Shown here: positions 38,756 through 49,034 of the stretch, in pieces
How positions within the stretch are numbered: position 1 is the first letter of the stretch
Layout of the letters: each line of letters starts with the position of its first letter
From: Candidatus Spongiisociaceae bacterium
GTDB lineage: Bacteria; Actinomycetota; Acidimicrobiia; Spongiisociales; Spongiisociaceae
Assembly: GCA_965262915.1 (NCBI GenBank)
Contig: OZ253564.1
Coordinates: forward strand, 3,936,001-4,000,000
Reading direction: 5' to 3'
DNA: 64,000 bases
The notes under the pieces: generated by a model
Seen by the model: only the letters and a program-made list of their open reading frames with translations
Told to the model about the DNA's origin: nothing
Database searches by the model: none
Made by a program: the position numbers and the translations under genes

Positions 38756-41094
38756 AGAAGCCCGGTAACTCGAACGGTCTCATCGGAACCTCCCTCCCCA
38801 ACGTCGACGGGCGGGCATTGGTCACCGGCCGGGCGAAGTACACGGTCGACCTGAGCTTCCCCCGCATGGCCCACGGGAAGACCGTCCGGAGCACCTTCGC
38901 CCATGCCCTCATCAAGTCCGTGGATGTGGAGCGGGCGCGCGAAGTGGATGGTGTGCTACTGGTCATAACAGGGGAGGACATCTCCGAACTCGGCCCCGTG
39001 GCGAACGGCCCGATTCTCGACATGCTGCTCCTTGCCACCGGAAAGGTCCGATATGTCGGTGAGCCGGTGGCCGTCGTGATCGGCGTTACCGAAGAAGCCG
39101 CCCAGGAAGGCGCGGACCTGGTCGAAGTCAGCTACGAACCGCTCCGTCATCTGCTGGACCCGGAAGTTGCTATGCGAAGCGACGCCCCCCTGATCCACGA
39201 GGGTCTCGACGGAGTGGAGGGCAATGTCTGCTGGAGGCAAGCGACCAGGGCAGGCGATATCGAAACCGCACTCGCCGAAGCCGACTTAGTCATCAGTAGG
39301 CGTTTGGTCACCAGCAAGGCCCACGCCATGCCTATGGAAACCCATGCCGCCGTCGCCCGATACGACGACCTGTCCCGCACCATCACGCTATGGACCGGCA
39401 CCCAGCAACCGCATCTCCTACGCAATGAGATAGCGCGGGTTTTCGGCCTCCCCCAGAGCAAGGTCCGCGTCATAAAGCCGTACATGGGGGGAGCGTTCGG
39501 CCACAAGGAAGGTCTCCATACCAACGAGGCCATGGCAATCTGGGCCGCCCGTGCGCTACGAAGACCGGTCCGCATCGAGCTCAGCCGGACCGAGGAGTTC
39601 GCGGCGACGGTCAGCCGCAACCCTCACATCCGGGACGCCACGATCGCAGTACGCAGCGACGGGAAGATACTCGGCTGGAAGGAGACGATCACCCAGGACG
39701 TCGGCGCCTATACCAATATCAGCCCAGCGGTGCTCGCGCTGTCCGAGTGGGTCACGGTCGGTCCCTACAAGACTCCCGCCCTCGATATCGAAGGTGCGGT
39801 CGTCTACACCAACAAGCCTCCGTCCGGCGCTTTCCGAGGCTTCGGCAACCCGCAGGCAACCTTCGCGCGCGAGGTCATGATCGACATCGCCGCTCGCGAA
39901 CTGGGGATGGACCCACTGGAGTTCCGCTACAGGAACCTCTTCCGGTCCGAGGACCTACCGACTTCCACTGCCAACGGCCTGAAGCTCGTCACGCTACCGA
40001 TCGAGGAGGCGACCGATGCTGTAGCCGAGGCAATCGGATACGAAGCGATGCGGTCTTCGAAACCGCCCTGGAGGGGCGTGGGCATAGCGAACATGCTCGA
40101 ATGGGGCGGTGGGTGCCGCTGGCATGTGAACTACGACGTGGACATGTCATCGGTAACGGTCGCTATGAACGCCGATGGCAGCGTGGTGATTGCCACCGAT
40201 GCCGCCGACTCCGGACAGGGCCACGCAACCATTTTCACCCAGATCGTCTCTGATCGCCTGGGTGTGGACCCCGAGACCGTGACGGTGCTGCAGTCCGATA
40301 CCGAGACTTCACCATTCGGGTTGGGTACGTTCGCCAGCCGTACCGCGGTCGTACATGGTTCGGCGCTCACGAGGGCTTGTGACACCCTGGCCGAGAAGCT
40401 GATGCGGGTTGCCGGGTCAAACCTCGAGGCCGATCCCGATGACCTCGAGATCGCCGACGGTCAGGTGCGCATCCGGGGCACCAATCGCGGAATCCCTGTC
40501 ACGACGGTGGCCACCCTCGCACACTACGTGCGTGCGGCGCTTCCGGACGGCATGGAGACTACGGCACTGGTAGCAAGCGCGAGTTTCGACACACCCTCGG
40601 ACGTACCCGACGAGAACGGCAACGGCAACTTCGCAGCCAACTACACCACGTCGTCGACCATGGTGGTGGTAGAGGTGGACCCGAGCACCGGCAAGGTGAC
40701 CATATTGGACTGGGCGAGCGCGGAGGATGTCGGACGGGCGATCAACCCGGACCTGCTCAAGGGACAGCTCCAAGGTGGCGTCGCCCAAGGGATCGGTTTC
40801 GCGCTCGGCGAAGACCTTATCTTCGACGAGTCGGGGACTGTTCTCAATCCGTCGATGGCGGACTATCAGGTTCCGACCGCGCCCCAAGTGCCTTTGATCG
40901 AGGACAAACTCATGGCTATAGAGAGCCTCGACCCCACCTATCCGCTCCAGCACAAAGGGATCGGTGAGAGCGGGATCACGCCGGCCGCCGCCGCAATAGC
41001 GAACGCGGTGTTCGACGCGATCGGTGTACCCATCACAACGCTGCCAATCACACCGGAAAAGGTACTGGCAGCAATCGAGAGCCGAGCCGACTAG
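38752..41094 (+). CDS. Xanthine dehydrogenase family molybdopterin-binding subunit
   Basis: GGAFGHK, AFRGFGNPQ, GQGHAT and KGIGE motifs. Confidence 0.93.
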   Translation: MKKPGNSNGLIGTSLPNVDGRALVTGRAKYTVDLSFPRMAHGKTVRSTFAHALIKSVDVERAREVDGVLLVITGEDISELGPVANGPILDMLLLATGKVRYVGEPVAVVIGVTEEAAQEGADLVEVSYEPLRHLLDPEVAMRSDAPLIHEGLDGVEGNVCWRQATRAGDIETALAEADLVISRRLVTSKAHAMPMETHAAVARYDDLSRTITLWTGTQQPHLLRNEIARVFGLPQSKVRVIKPYMGGAFGHKEGLHTNEAMAIWAARALRRPVRIELSRTEEFAATVSRNPHIRDATIAVRSDGKILGWKETITQDVGAYTNISPAVLALSEWVTVGPYKTPALDIEGAVVYTNKPPSGAFRGFGNPQATFAREVMIDIAARELGMDPLEFRYRNLFRSEDLPTSTANGLKLVTLPIEEATDAVAEAIGYEAMRSSKPPWRGVGIANMLEWGGGCRWHVNYDVDMSSVTVAMNADGSVVIATDAADSGQGHATIFTQIVSDRLGVDPETVTVLQSDTETSPFGLGTFASRTAVVHGSALTRACDTLAEKLMRVAGSNLEADPDDLEIADGQVRIRGTNRGIPVTTVATLAHYVRAALPDGMETTALVASASFDTPSDVPDENGNGNFAANYTTSSTMVVVEVDPSTGKVTILDWASAEDVGRAINPDLLKGQLQGGVAQGIGFALGEDLIFDESGTVLNPSMADYQVPTAPQVPLIEDKLMAIESLDPTYPLQHKGIGESGITPAAAAIANAVFDAIGVPITTLPITPEKVLAAIESRAD

Positions 41095-41180
41095 GGGTCT
41101 TCGGGCGGCGCGGTTGTGTGCGTTGGTGAAGCCGTAGGCCACGCGGCGTAGGACTGGGGTGAAGGCTGTTGTGCCTTCGA
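41095..41180 (-). pseudogene. ISL3 transposase C-terminal relic
   Basis: EGT...VLRRVAYGFTNAHN resembles the ISL3 C-terminal E..NN..K..KR.AYGF.N motif. Confidence 0.55.
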
Positions 41181-41235
41181 TGGCGGGCTTCGCGATCAGC
41201 CACGGGACGCGGCTGGGCTATACCCTTACGCCTCG

Positions 41236-41859
41236 TCAGGCATCGGTGTCGTGCTCGTGCGGCATGTTGCAGGCGCTGTTCTGATGACGCCATATCCTGG
41301 CTCGCCACTTCCACCCGGCTGCTTCCACAATACGCTCCGCAACTCCGTCATTCCATTGCCACTCCTTCTCTCTATCTACGAGTACATGGAGACTGGTAGG
41401 GGGGTACTCCGACGAGAACAAGTAGACCGGATCTGGGTCTAGCAACACGGCGGCACGCTCACCTACGTACTCTGCTCCTCCCCACCACGCAGCGAAAGGG
41501 CCGCCCAGACCCTCAGCAGCCTCCCTCAGTGAAGGCTCATCTGGCTGGGCAAGCCTGTACACCAACTCGATCCTGTCATCACCCATACCGGTCGACCTGA
41601 CCATGTCGTTGATAATCTCGCGGGCGCTACGGAAAGCATCGGAGAAGGCCGGCTCAGAGCCGCGGCTCTCATCGACCGACCAGACATGGACGTGGGGGGA
41701 CTCTAAGGGCGCGGGCTCGTCTTGGGGCAAATAGCGGAGCTTGTCACCCTTCCTCTCGTAGACAGTCGTCCATCCGTAGCGGACAATCTCGTACACGAAC
41801 TCACCATCGCCATGCTCACACAGCTCATCAGACATCTTCGAACATGCCCGTTGAATCAC
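41236..41859 (-). CDS. Hypothetical protein
   Basis: 207-aa ORF with protein-like composition; no motif recognised. Confidence 0.55.
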   Translation of the reverse strand: MIQRACSKMSDELCEHGDGEFVYEIVRYGWTTVYERKGDKLRYLPQDEPAPLESPHVHVWSVDESRGSEPAFSDAFRSAREIINDMVRSTGMGDDRIELVYRLAQPDEPSLREAAEGLGGPFAAWWGGAEYVGERAAVLLDPDPVYLFSSEYPPTSLHVLVDREKEWQWNDGVAERIVEAAGWKWRARIWRHQNSACNMPHEHDTDA

Positions 41860-42184
41860 ATTCTCCCCTGCCCATTTTCACCGACCCGGCCTGGCTCCTC
41901 CCCCGGCCTGAAGAATCGGGGCCAGAGTTCCGTGTATGCGAAGCCCTACCTTCCGAGATGGGCGTGCATGAGGAGCAGGTCGCGGAGTAGGGCAGGATGC
42001 TCGCCGCCGAACCTTCCATCTCGAACCGAGTGGCTCTAACCACGAGACGGCATACGGGATTCCGGCCGCCTGTCCCTCCGGGTGGGAATCGACCCTTTGG
42101 TCAGGGCTCTGTCCGATGCACCGGATAGAGCAGACACATGCTGTGTAGACTCCGATAACCTACAAAGCGGGAAGGATACGTAAT

Positions 42185-42439
42185 ATGGAACTAACCGCCA
42201 TCGTATACCGTGATGAGGGTGGTGAGGGCTGGGTTGTGGAATGCCCCGAGGTTCCGGGCTGTGTCAGCCAGGGCGACACACGGGAAGAAGCACTGGAGAG
42301 CATTCGCGAAGCAGCCGAGCTGCTACTTGAGGGATATGCCGAATACGGATGGCCCTCAACCAACCCGCAGACAGACGACATACCCAAGACAGATCTCACC
42401 GCCCATCGGATAAGCGTCGCCGTTCCTGCCGTAGCTTGA
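42185..42439 (+). CDS. hicB: HicB-family antitoxin (short, no DNA-binding domain evident)
   Basis: WVVECPEVPGCVSQGDTREEALESIREA. Confidence 0.9.
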   Translation: MELTAIVYRDEGGEGWVVECPEVPGCVSQGDTREEALESIREAAELLLEGYAEYGWPSTNPQTDDIPKTDLTAHRISVAVPAVA

Positions 42440-42448
42440 TCGTATCCT

Positions 42449-42667
42449 ATGCCGCCGGTGCCATTGGTGTCCGCCGCACAGGCGGTACGCGTGTTCGAGC
42501 ACTTCGGCTGGGAGATTGACCGCCAGCGGGGTAGTCACATCATCATGCAGAAGCGTGGGGCGCCGTCGCTCTCAGTGCCGAACAAATCAACTATCCGGCA
42601 AGGCACGCTGCGTTCCCTCATCCGACGAGCGGGCTTGACTGTAGAGGAGTTCTGCGACGCATTCTGA
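42449..42667 (+). CDS. hicA: HicA-family mRNA interferase toxin
   Basis: GWEIDRQRGSH, VP and GTLRSLIRRAGL motifs. Confidence 0.9.
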   Translation: MPPVPLVSAAQAVRVFEHFGWEIDRQRGSHIIMQKRGAPSLSVPNKSTIRQGTLRSLIRRAGLTVEEFCDAF

Positions 42668-42736
42668 TGTGCTGTCACGCCGGATGCCTTGTGGAATGCG
42701 AGATCCTCGCTCTCCGAGGGAGGAGAGATCCCCCGG

Positions 42737-43675
42737 CTACCTCTCCTCCCGTACGTAGGGAATACCCAGTGCGGCGGGGGCGCCGATGCGCCTGCGCAGG
42801 TCGCCTCGGGCCAGGATGAACAGGGCGGCGATCGTGAGAATGAAGGGCATCATCTTCAGGACCTCGGCGGGGATCTCATCAAAGCCGAGAGCCTGCAGGG
42901 TGAAGTTGGTGCGTACGGCGAGACCGAAGACATACGCACCCAGCAGCAACCGGAAGGGTCGCCAAGCCGCGAACACCACCAACCCGATGGCTATCCAGCC
43001 CAAACCCGCGACCGTCGCCTCGGCGTTCCATGACGTAACGATCACCGTGATCATGTTCGCCCCGCCAAGGCCAGCCAGCGCGCCTCCGACTATGGCGTAG
43101 GCGTAGCGGGTTCGGAGCACGTTGATCCCGACCGTGTCGGCGGTCGAGGGTTCCTCGCCGACCGCGCGCAGCGACAGCCCGAGCCGCGTCCTCGAAATGT
43201 GGAAAGCCGTGAACGCGACCAGCACCCACGAGATGTAGACGAATATCGTCTGCCGGAACAGGATCGGTCCCAGCACCGGCACCTGGCTCAACACCGGAAT
43301 CTCGATCGCGGTAACTGTCTTGTTAATGACAGTAAAGCCATGCGGCTCCCCGATGAAACGCGCCACTCCCGAAGCGAAAACGAACAGGGCAAGGCCGGAC
43401 AGTATCTGGTTGGCGCGGAAGGACACGGAGAGCACGGCGTGGAGACTGCCTATGAGGGCGCCCCAGAGTATGCCGACCGCAACGCCTACGATCACGTTGT
43501 CGGTCGCCTGGATCGCGGTGAATGTTCCGATGGCGCCGAGGAGCATGGTCCCCTCGACTGACAGGTTCAGAATCCCGGCCCGCTCGCTGAGCAACTCCCC
43601 CAGTCCTGCCAAGACGATCGGCGTACCGGCTGTGATAGCACCGGCCAGGGTAAGCACCAGCACGCTGTCATTCAT
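42737..43675 (-). CDS. Nucleoside ABC transporter permease (NupC-like)
   Basis: SERAGILNLSVEG, GLSLRAVGE and APAALGIPY motifs. Confidence 0.92.
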   Translation of the reverse strand: MNDSVLVLTLAGAITAGTPIVLAGLGELLSERAGILNLSVEGTMLLGAIGTFTAIQATDNVIVGVAVGILWGALIGSLHAVLSVSFRANQILSGLALFVFASGVARFIGEPHGFTVINKTVTAIEIPVLSQVPVLGPILFRQTIFVYISWVLVAFTAFHISRTRLGLSLRAVGEEPSTADTVGINVLRTRYAYAIVGGALAGLGGANMITVIVTSWNAEATVAGLGWIAIGLVVFAAWRPFRLLLGAYVFGLAVRTNFTLQALGFDEIPAEVLKMMPFILTIAALFILARGDLRRRIGAPAALGIPYVREER

Positions 43676-44853
43676 GTACTCGACTCCTCCAGTGGAATGG
43701 TCTCCGCTCCCGGCGGTGCCGCCATGGCGGCGGGTGCATCATCCGGCCCGGCGCGGCGCGGTATCCAACGCCATCGATAGGACAGCAGGGTCGCACCCCC
43801 CACCACGAAGAGGATCAACGTTCCCTGCACGATTATCGAAACCGATATCGGTATCGGGTTGCTCATCGACTGCAGGGTCAGGGCTGCGTTCTCGACCGCG
43901 CCCAGGATCACGGCAGATATGACTATGCCCAACGGAGCCAGCCTGCCGAGTGCGGCGACGACGATACCGGTGTAGCCAAGCCCGGCGGCGAAACCCTCGG
44001 GGCTGAAACGTCCACCTCTTCCCAGTAGCTCGATGGCGCCGGCCAAACCGGCCAGCGAACCGGAGATCAGCAGCACCCGCATCGTCAGGGCACCAATCCT
44101 TATGCCCGAATAGTGGGCGGCCTTGGCGGAACTGTTCATTACGCGCATCGTGAATCCGAGCCGTGTGTAACGCAAGATGAAATGCACCGCGACCGCCGCG
44201 AGGATGGCGACGAAAAAGCCCCAATGCATCCTGGTGGTCCCGATCCGGGGAAGCTCCAGAAAGGAAGCCACCTCACGACCTACCGGATGGCCGATCAGGG
44301 TCGTATCCCGCCATGGGCTGGTCGTGCCATCGACCAGGTAATAGGAGAATATGACCGCTACGAAGTTGAGCATCAGGCTGGTGAGTATCTCGTTCACACC
44401 GTACTTGGCCTTGCCATAGGCCACCAGAGCAACCCAGAACACGCCGCCTAACATGCCTGCGAGCAGGGTCATCGGGATACCAATCGGGGGCGACATGATG
44501 TCGCCTATCCACACGCCGAACCCTGTAGCGGCAATGGCGCCGAAAATGAGTTGACCTTCGGCGCCGATGTTCCAAAGTCGGACCCGGAAGGCAAATGCCA
44601 CGGCGAGACCGGTGAGGATGAGCGGAGTCGCGCTCGTTAGCGTATCGGCGAAACCGAACCACGACCCGAAGGCCGTCCTGACAATCTCGAAATACACCTC
44701 GAGCGGATTGAACGATCGAAACGCGAGAAAAGCTGCCACGACCAGTAGTGCGAGGCCTATCGAGGCGATGGGAAGCATGACCTTGAGCCACAGCGGTGCT
44801 GTCGGTCGGGGCTCGACCACTACGGGCCACCGGAAGGCGCGACCGCTAATCAC
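43672..44853 (-). CDS. Nucleoside ABC transporter permease (NupB-like)
   Basis: WNIGAEGQ, VNEILTSLMLN and GYTGIVVA motifs. Confidence 0.92.
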   Translation of the reverse strand: MISGRAFRWPVVVEPRPTAPLWLKVMLPIASIGLALLVVAAFLAFRSFNPLEVYFEIVRTAFGSWFGFADTLTSATPLILTGLAVAFAFRVRLWNIGAEGQLIFGAIAATGFGVWIGDIMSPPIGIPMTLLAGMLGGVFWVALVAYGKAKYGVNEILTSLMLNFVAVIFSYYLVDGTTSPWRDTTLIGHPVGREVASFLELPRIGTTRMHWGFFVAILAAVAVHFILRYTRLGFTMRVMNSSAKAAHYSGIRIGALTMRVLLISGSLAGLAGAIELLGRGGRFSPEGFAAGLGYTGIVVAALGRLAPLGIVISAVILGAVENAALTLQSMSNPIPISVSIIVQGTLILFVVGGATLLSYRWRWIPRRAGPDDAPAAMAAPPGAETIPLEESST

Positions 44854-46343
44854 GTGCTGCTTCCGGTCATCGCCAACCCGACCGTGTCCCGATCCAGGTC
44901 CTCGATCGCCGTCTCGTAGGCGACCCTACCTTCGTACAGGACCATCACGGTGTCGGCGAGGGCGAACACCTCATCCAGATCCTCCGAAATGAGGACGATC
45001 GCACACCCTTCCTCGCGCAGGCGACCGATCTCCTCATGTACGAACTGTGCCGACGCCACGTCCAGACCTTGGGTCGGCGAAGACACCACGAGGACGTCCG
45101 GCGACCCGGAAAGCTCTCGCGCCAGGATCACTCGCTGGAGGTTCCCACCCGATAGGGTGCCCGTCTTGACGTCAGGCCCGGCAACAACGATCCCATAGTC
45201 CTCGATATGCTTGAGCGCCCGCCGGTGAGCGCGCGAAGCGTTGAATCCGCTCCTGACCGCGTCGGTCAACATCAGGTTCTCGGCAACGGACAGGTCTGGG
45301 GCCAGACCAGTGTGCAGGCGATCGCTGGGTATATACCCGAGGCCTTGGTTGCGGGCAGCCCGCGGACCTCCACCCGTGATGTCCATCCCAGCGATTTCCA
45401 CCGAGCCCGAGTCGGGCACGACGAGACCGGCCAGTACATCGGCCAGCAAATCCTGGCCATTACCCGCTACCCCCGCGATGCCGACGATCTCCCCCGAACG
45501 CGCTGCGAGCGTGATCCCGTGCAGTCCTTCCCGGTCGTTCGTGCGGGAGACCTCGAGATCTGTGGCCGCCAAGACCGGTTCTCCGACCTCGCCGGTACCC
45601 TCCTGGCGTGAGAATTCGTGTTCGACCGGACGACCGATCATGGCGGTGGCGAGGGCGGCCGCCGTGGTCTCCTCCGTGGGGATCACCAGTTCGACACGAC
45701 CATCCCGCATCACCGTCACCGTGTCCGAGACGGCCATGACCTCCCGCAGCTTGTGTGTGATGATCATGACGGCTACCCCATCGGCCGCGAATGAGCGAAT
45801 CGTCTCGAAGAGGCGTTCCACTTCCGCCGGTACCAGCACGGCGGTGGGCTCGTCGAGCAGGAGCACATCGACTCCTCTGAACAGAGTTTTTAGCAGGTCG
45901 ACCCGCTGCCGCTCGCCGGCCGATAGTTCTCCGGCTGCGGCCCCGACGCGTACCGACAGGCCGTATCGGTCCATGAGCGAACGGACTCTGGCACGAATCT
46001 TCCCGTATTCCAAGTAGTAGGGGAGATCGGGATCACCGAGCACGATGTTCTCCTCGACGGTCAACCGATCCACCAATCGAGCATGCTGGTGAACCATGCC
46101 GACACCACGAGCGAGGGCATCCGGTGGGTTACGGAACTCGACAATCTCCCCGTCGAGTTTCAGGGCTCCGCTATCAGGCCTGTAGAGACCCGACAGCATA
46201 TTGGCCAGTGTCGTCTTCCCGGCCCCGTTCTGACCGAGGACGGCATGAACCGAATGGCGCGCCAGAAACAGGTCCACGGAGTCATTGGCCACAACCGGCC
46301 CGAAACGCTTGCTGAGTCCGTGAGCCTCAAACATGACTTTCAC
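44850..46343 (-). CDS. Nucleoside ABC transporter ATP-binding protein (two NBDs)
   Basis: GQNGAGKT, LDEPT and LSGGNLQ motifs. Confidence 0.93.
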   Translation of the reverse strand: MKVMFEAHGLSKRFGPVVANDSVDLFLARHSVHAVLGQNGAGKTTLANMLSGLYRPDSGALKLDGEIVEFRNPPDALARGVGMVHQHARLVDRLTVEENIVLGDPDLPYYLEYGKIRARVRSLMDRYGLSVRVGAAAGELSAGERQRVDLLKTLFRGVDVLLLDEPTAVLVPAEVERLFETIRSFAADGVAVMIITHKLREVMAVSDTVTVMRDGRVELVIPTEETTAAALATAMIGRPVEHEFSRQEGTGEVGEPVLAATDLEVSRTNDREGLHGITLAARSGEIVGIAGVAGNGQDLLADVLAGLVVPDSGSVEIAGMDITGGGPRAARNQGLGYIPSDRLHTGLAPDLSVAENLMLTDAVRSGFNASRAHRRALKHIEDYGIVVAGPDVKTGTLSGGNLQRVILARELSGSPDVLVVSSPTQGLDVASAQFVHEEIGRLREEGCAIVLISEDLDEVFALADTVMVLYEGRVAYETAIEDLDRDTVGLAMTGSST

Positions 46344-46471
46344 CGATCCGGACCAACGCAGCGAAGCTGCGCGCGATAAGACGGTTCTCAGCCATCACCC
46401 ACAATCTACTTCCGCCTCGGTAATGCCGATGGTGATTCAACGCACAAAGGGTGTGACGCCTCGGTCGGATC

Positions 46472-46499
46472 GAGGTCCCCGCCATGGAGCGGGGACCTC
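46472..46499. terminator. GC-rich hairpin between the BMP gene and the ATPase gene
   Basis: GAGGTCCCCGC-N6-GCGGGGACCTC, a perfect 11-bp stem. Confidence 0.6.
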
Positions 46500-46557
46500 T
46501 ACCAAGCTAGCGGTCACCGATGGTTCTGATCGGGCGAACCGCAATCCACCTTTCTAG

Positions 46558-47709
46558 TTACGATGGAAAGCCCCCGATCACTCCTTCGAGAAGGAAGTCC
46601 ATTCCCAGGAGAAAGCCGAGGTCGGCGACCTCTCCGTCTGCGAGGACTTGATTGCCGTCCTGGTCGTTGAGGGGACCGGTGAACACGTTCAGTTCCCCAC
46701 TAGTCATACCTTCGACGGCCGCATCGAGTAGGGCAACGGTCTCGTCAGACAGGAAATCTGCGTATGGGCCAGGGGATAGTGTCTCCGCCCCCAGGGTCAG
46801 ATAGGTGTTACCGGCTTCGTACGTTCCGTCGATCATCTGTTGAGCCACTTCGGCGAAGTAGCCGCCCAACTCCAGGAGGGCGCCGGTGAGATAGGCCTCC
46901 GGAGCGAACCGCTGTCCGTTGTCATAAATCTCGATCCAGTAGCCACCTCGAGCTTGTGCCACCTCTCCCGCGGTGGTCAACTCGGTTACCTGGGCCACGG
47001 CTCTGACACCTGTGTCGAAGAGCGATTCCGCAGCTTGGCCTTCGATCAGCGGGTCGAACCACGTCCCTGTCCAAACGACCTGAACCGTCGCGTCGGGGTT
47101 GACCGACCTAGCCCCCAGCAGCAATCCGTTGATGTCGCGCAGAACCTCTGGGATCGGATACGAGGCGAGGATGCCGATCTCGTCGGCTTCCACCAGGCTG
47201 GCGGCCGCTACACCGCCCAGATACATACCCTGCTCGAAACCACCGTCGTACGATCCGACGTTCTCGGACAGCAGGAAGAAGCCGGGGCCGAGGAACTGGG
47301 CTTCGGGGTACTTCTCCGCCACTGCCACGACCTGGTCCTGGTAGTCGAACGAAGTCGTGACCAGCAACCTAACCCCTCGCCTGATGAGATCTTCGAACAC
47401 CCGCTCAGCTTCGGCGGTCGCCGGTACGGACTCGAGGAAGAGCGTCTCGACCGCGTCACCCATCGCATCCTCCAGCGCGAGCCGTCCCATGTTGTGCCGG
47501 AAGTTCCAACCGTGCTCACCCACCGGACCCTGATGTACGAAAGCCACCTTCAATGGCTCGGCAGTCGGGGCCTCGGTGGTGGTGGGTGCCGCCGTCGTCG
47601 TTACTGCGGCAGCTGCCGTCGTGGTTGTCTCGGCTTCTTCACCGCCGCAGGCCGCTGCCACTAGGAGCAACGCAACCAGACCGACAACCCATTTCCTCGA
47701 TGTCCCCAT
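46558..47709 (-). CDS. BMP family ABC substrate-binding lipoprotein
   Basis: Lipobox AAC-G, Thr/Ala linker, GPVGEHGWN and TWFDP motifs. Confidence 0.92.
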   Translation of the reverse strand: MGTSRKWVVGLVALLLVAAACGGEEAETTTTAAAAVTTTAAPTTTEAPTAEPLKVAFVHQGPVGEHGWNFRHNMGRLALEDAMGDAVETLFLESVPATAEAERVFEDLIRRGVRLLVTTSFDYQDQVVAVAEKYPEAQFLGPGFFLLSENVGSYDGGFEQGMYLGGVAAASLVEADEIGILASYPIPEVLRDINGLLLGARSVNPDATVQVVWTGTWFDPLIEGQAAESLFDTGVRAVAQVTELTTAGEVAQARGGYWIEIYDNGQRFAPEAYLTGALLELGGYFAEVAQQMIDGTYEAGNTYLTLGAETLSPGPYADFLSDETVALLDAAVEGMTSGELNVFTGPLNDQDGNQVLADGEVADLGFLLGMDFLLEGVIGGFPS

Positions 47710-47909
47710 ACGAACCTCCGCAAAGCTTGGGATTTGCTGATGTCATGACCGACCAGCGCTTCCCGTCGATGCTAAACAGTCCGTTCGTAACCTGGAAATG
47801 CACTCTCGGGGTATGAAAGCAAGGCGGATCAGCTAGACCCACCACCACGGGGTGGTGACCATTCTCCTCCGGGTGGCGACCGGGTGATTACGGACGATCG
47901 ACATCGAGC

Positions 47910-48227
47910 TCATGAACCCCGAGGTTCGAAACTTCGCTCCACGGCTTCAGACGCCAACTCCCTCGCCAGGTCCGTAAGCCACGTCCGGTAGCCATCCTTG
48001 TCGAGCATCATCCGCGCCTTGTTCTGCTCGATGGAGTCCCGCTTGGCCCGCAGAAAGTCGTCCAAGTCCAGACCGGCGATCCCTTCCGCCGCTTCGATGA
48101 GACGGCCGGCACCTTCGATGAGCCGGAACGAACCATAGATCGCCTTCTCATCGAGGCTGAGACGGGCGGACGTGACCAGGTAGAGGATGAACTCGAAGAG
48201 CGGATCGTCGTGCTTGGTCTCGCTCAC
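47910..48227 (-). CDS. DUF6092-like small protein
   Basis: YLVTSARLSLDEKAIYGSFRLI; its GTG overlaps the nitroreductase TGA. Confidence 0.65.
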   Translation of the reverse strand: MSETKHDDPLFEFILYLVTSARLSLDEKAIYGSFRLIEGAGRLIEAAEGIAGLDLDDFLRAKRDSIEQNKARMMLDKDGYRTWLTDLARELASEAVERSFEPRGS

Positions 48228-48796
48228 GGCGGGTCGGTCCAATCCTTTCCGTAGAGGTTGTGGTGGACGGTGGGATGGAAACCCTTGACCGGCTTGGGGT
48301 GATTCACCACGGGAATCCCGACAGCCATCAGGACTTCCGGCCTGATGTGTTCCGGCAGGCTGAATATCGCCTGGACCACCTCCTCGGTCCAACTCGTCAC
48401 CTTGCAGACACCGATCCCGAGCACCGGGGCGGCGATGGTGAGGTAGCCGGCCGCAGCGCCGGCGTCGAGCCGGGTGACGACCTCGACCCCGCGCGGTCCC
48501 ATCACCTCCTCGGCTTTCTCGAGGTCGCTGCAGATCACGATGATGGCGGGGGCGTTGTTCACAAAGCCGGGACAGGCCTGCCGTACGGTCCGGACCAGCC
48601 GCGGATCGGTTACGACGATGAGATGCCGGATCCCCGGCCGAGCCACCTGGGCACGGCCCGCGGCGTATACGAGACGCTCCAGGATCTCCTCGTCGACCGG
48701 GTCGGGAGCGAACACGCGGTGCATCCGCCGCCGGCGCATCGCCTCGAACACGGCTCGCGCCATACTGCTTCCGGTCTCGGATCCACCCTGGGCCAC
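48224..48796 (-). CDS. Nitroreductase family protein
   Basis: RRRMHRVF, NAPAIIVIC and DAGAAA...LGIGVC motifs. Confidence 0.85.
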   Translation of the reverse strand: MAQGGSETGSSMARAVFEAMRRRRMHRVFAPDPVDEEILERLVYAAGRAQVARPGIRHLIVVTDPRLVRTVRQACPGFVNNAPAIIVICSDLEKAEEVMGPRGVEVVTRLDAGAAAGYLTIAAPVLGIGVCKVTSWTEEVVQAIFSLPEHIRPEVLMAVGIPVVNHPKPVKGFHPTVHHNLYGKDWTDPP

Positions 48797-49034
48797 CGGG
48801 TGACTGTACTACAGCAACAGCACGCACCACCGAGCTGATCTGATGCTGGTGTACGAGCAGCGGCAGGACATCATTTCGAAGCGCGAAAAGAGATCAGCAA
48901 TTGCGCCGACGTACGGCTTCTTCACGAGCAGGCAGGTGGGTGTGAAGACCTCGAAGTGATATCATTCGGCTGATGAAGGAGTTCGCACAGAAGAAGTCGA
49001 GAGAGAGACTTCTCGAGATGTTTTCGCCGGGTCC

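Noticed and set aside
47910-48830. 306-aa ORF as a single protein
   Set aside because: The first ~200 codons overlap the nitroreductase out of frame; only the last 105 aa look real.
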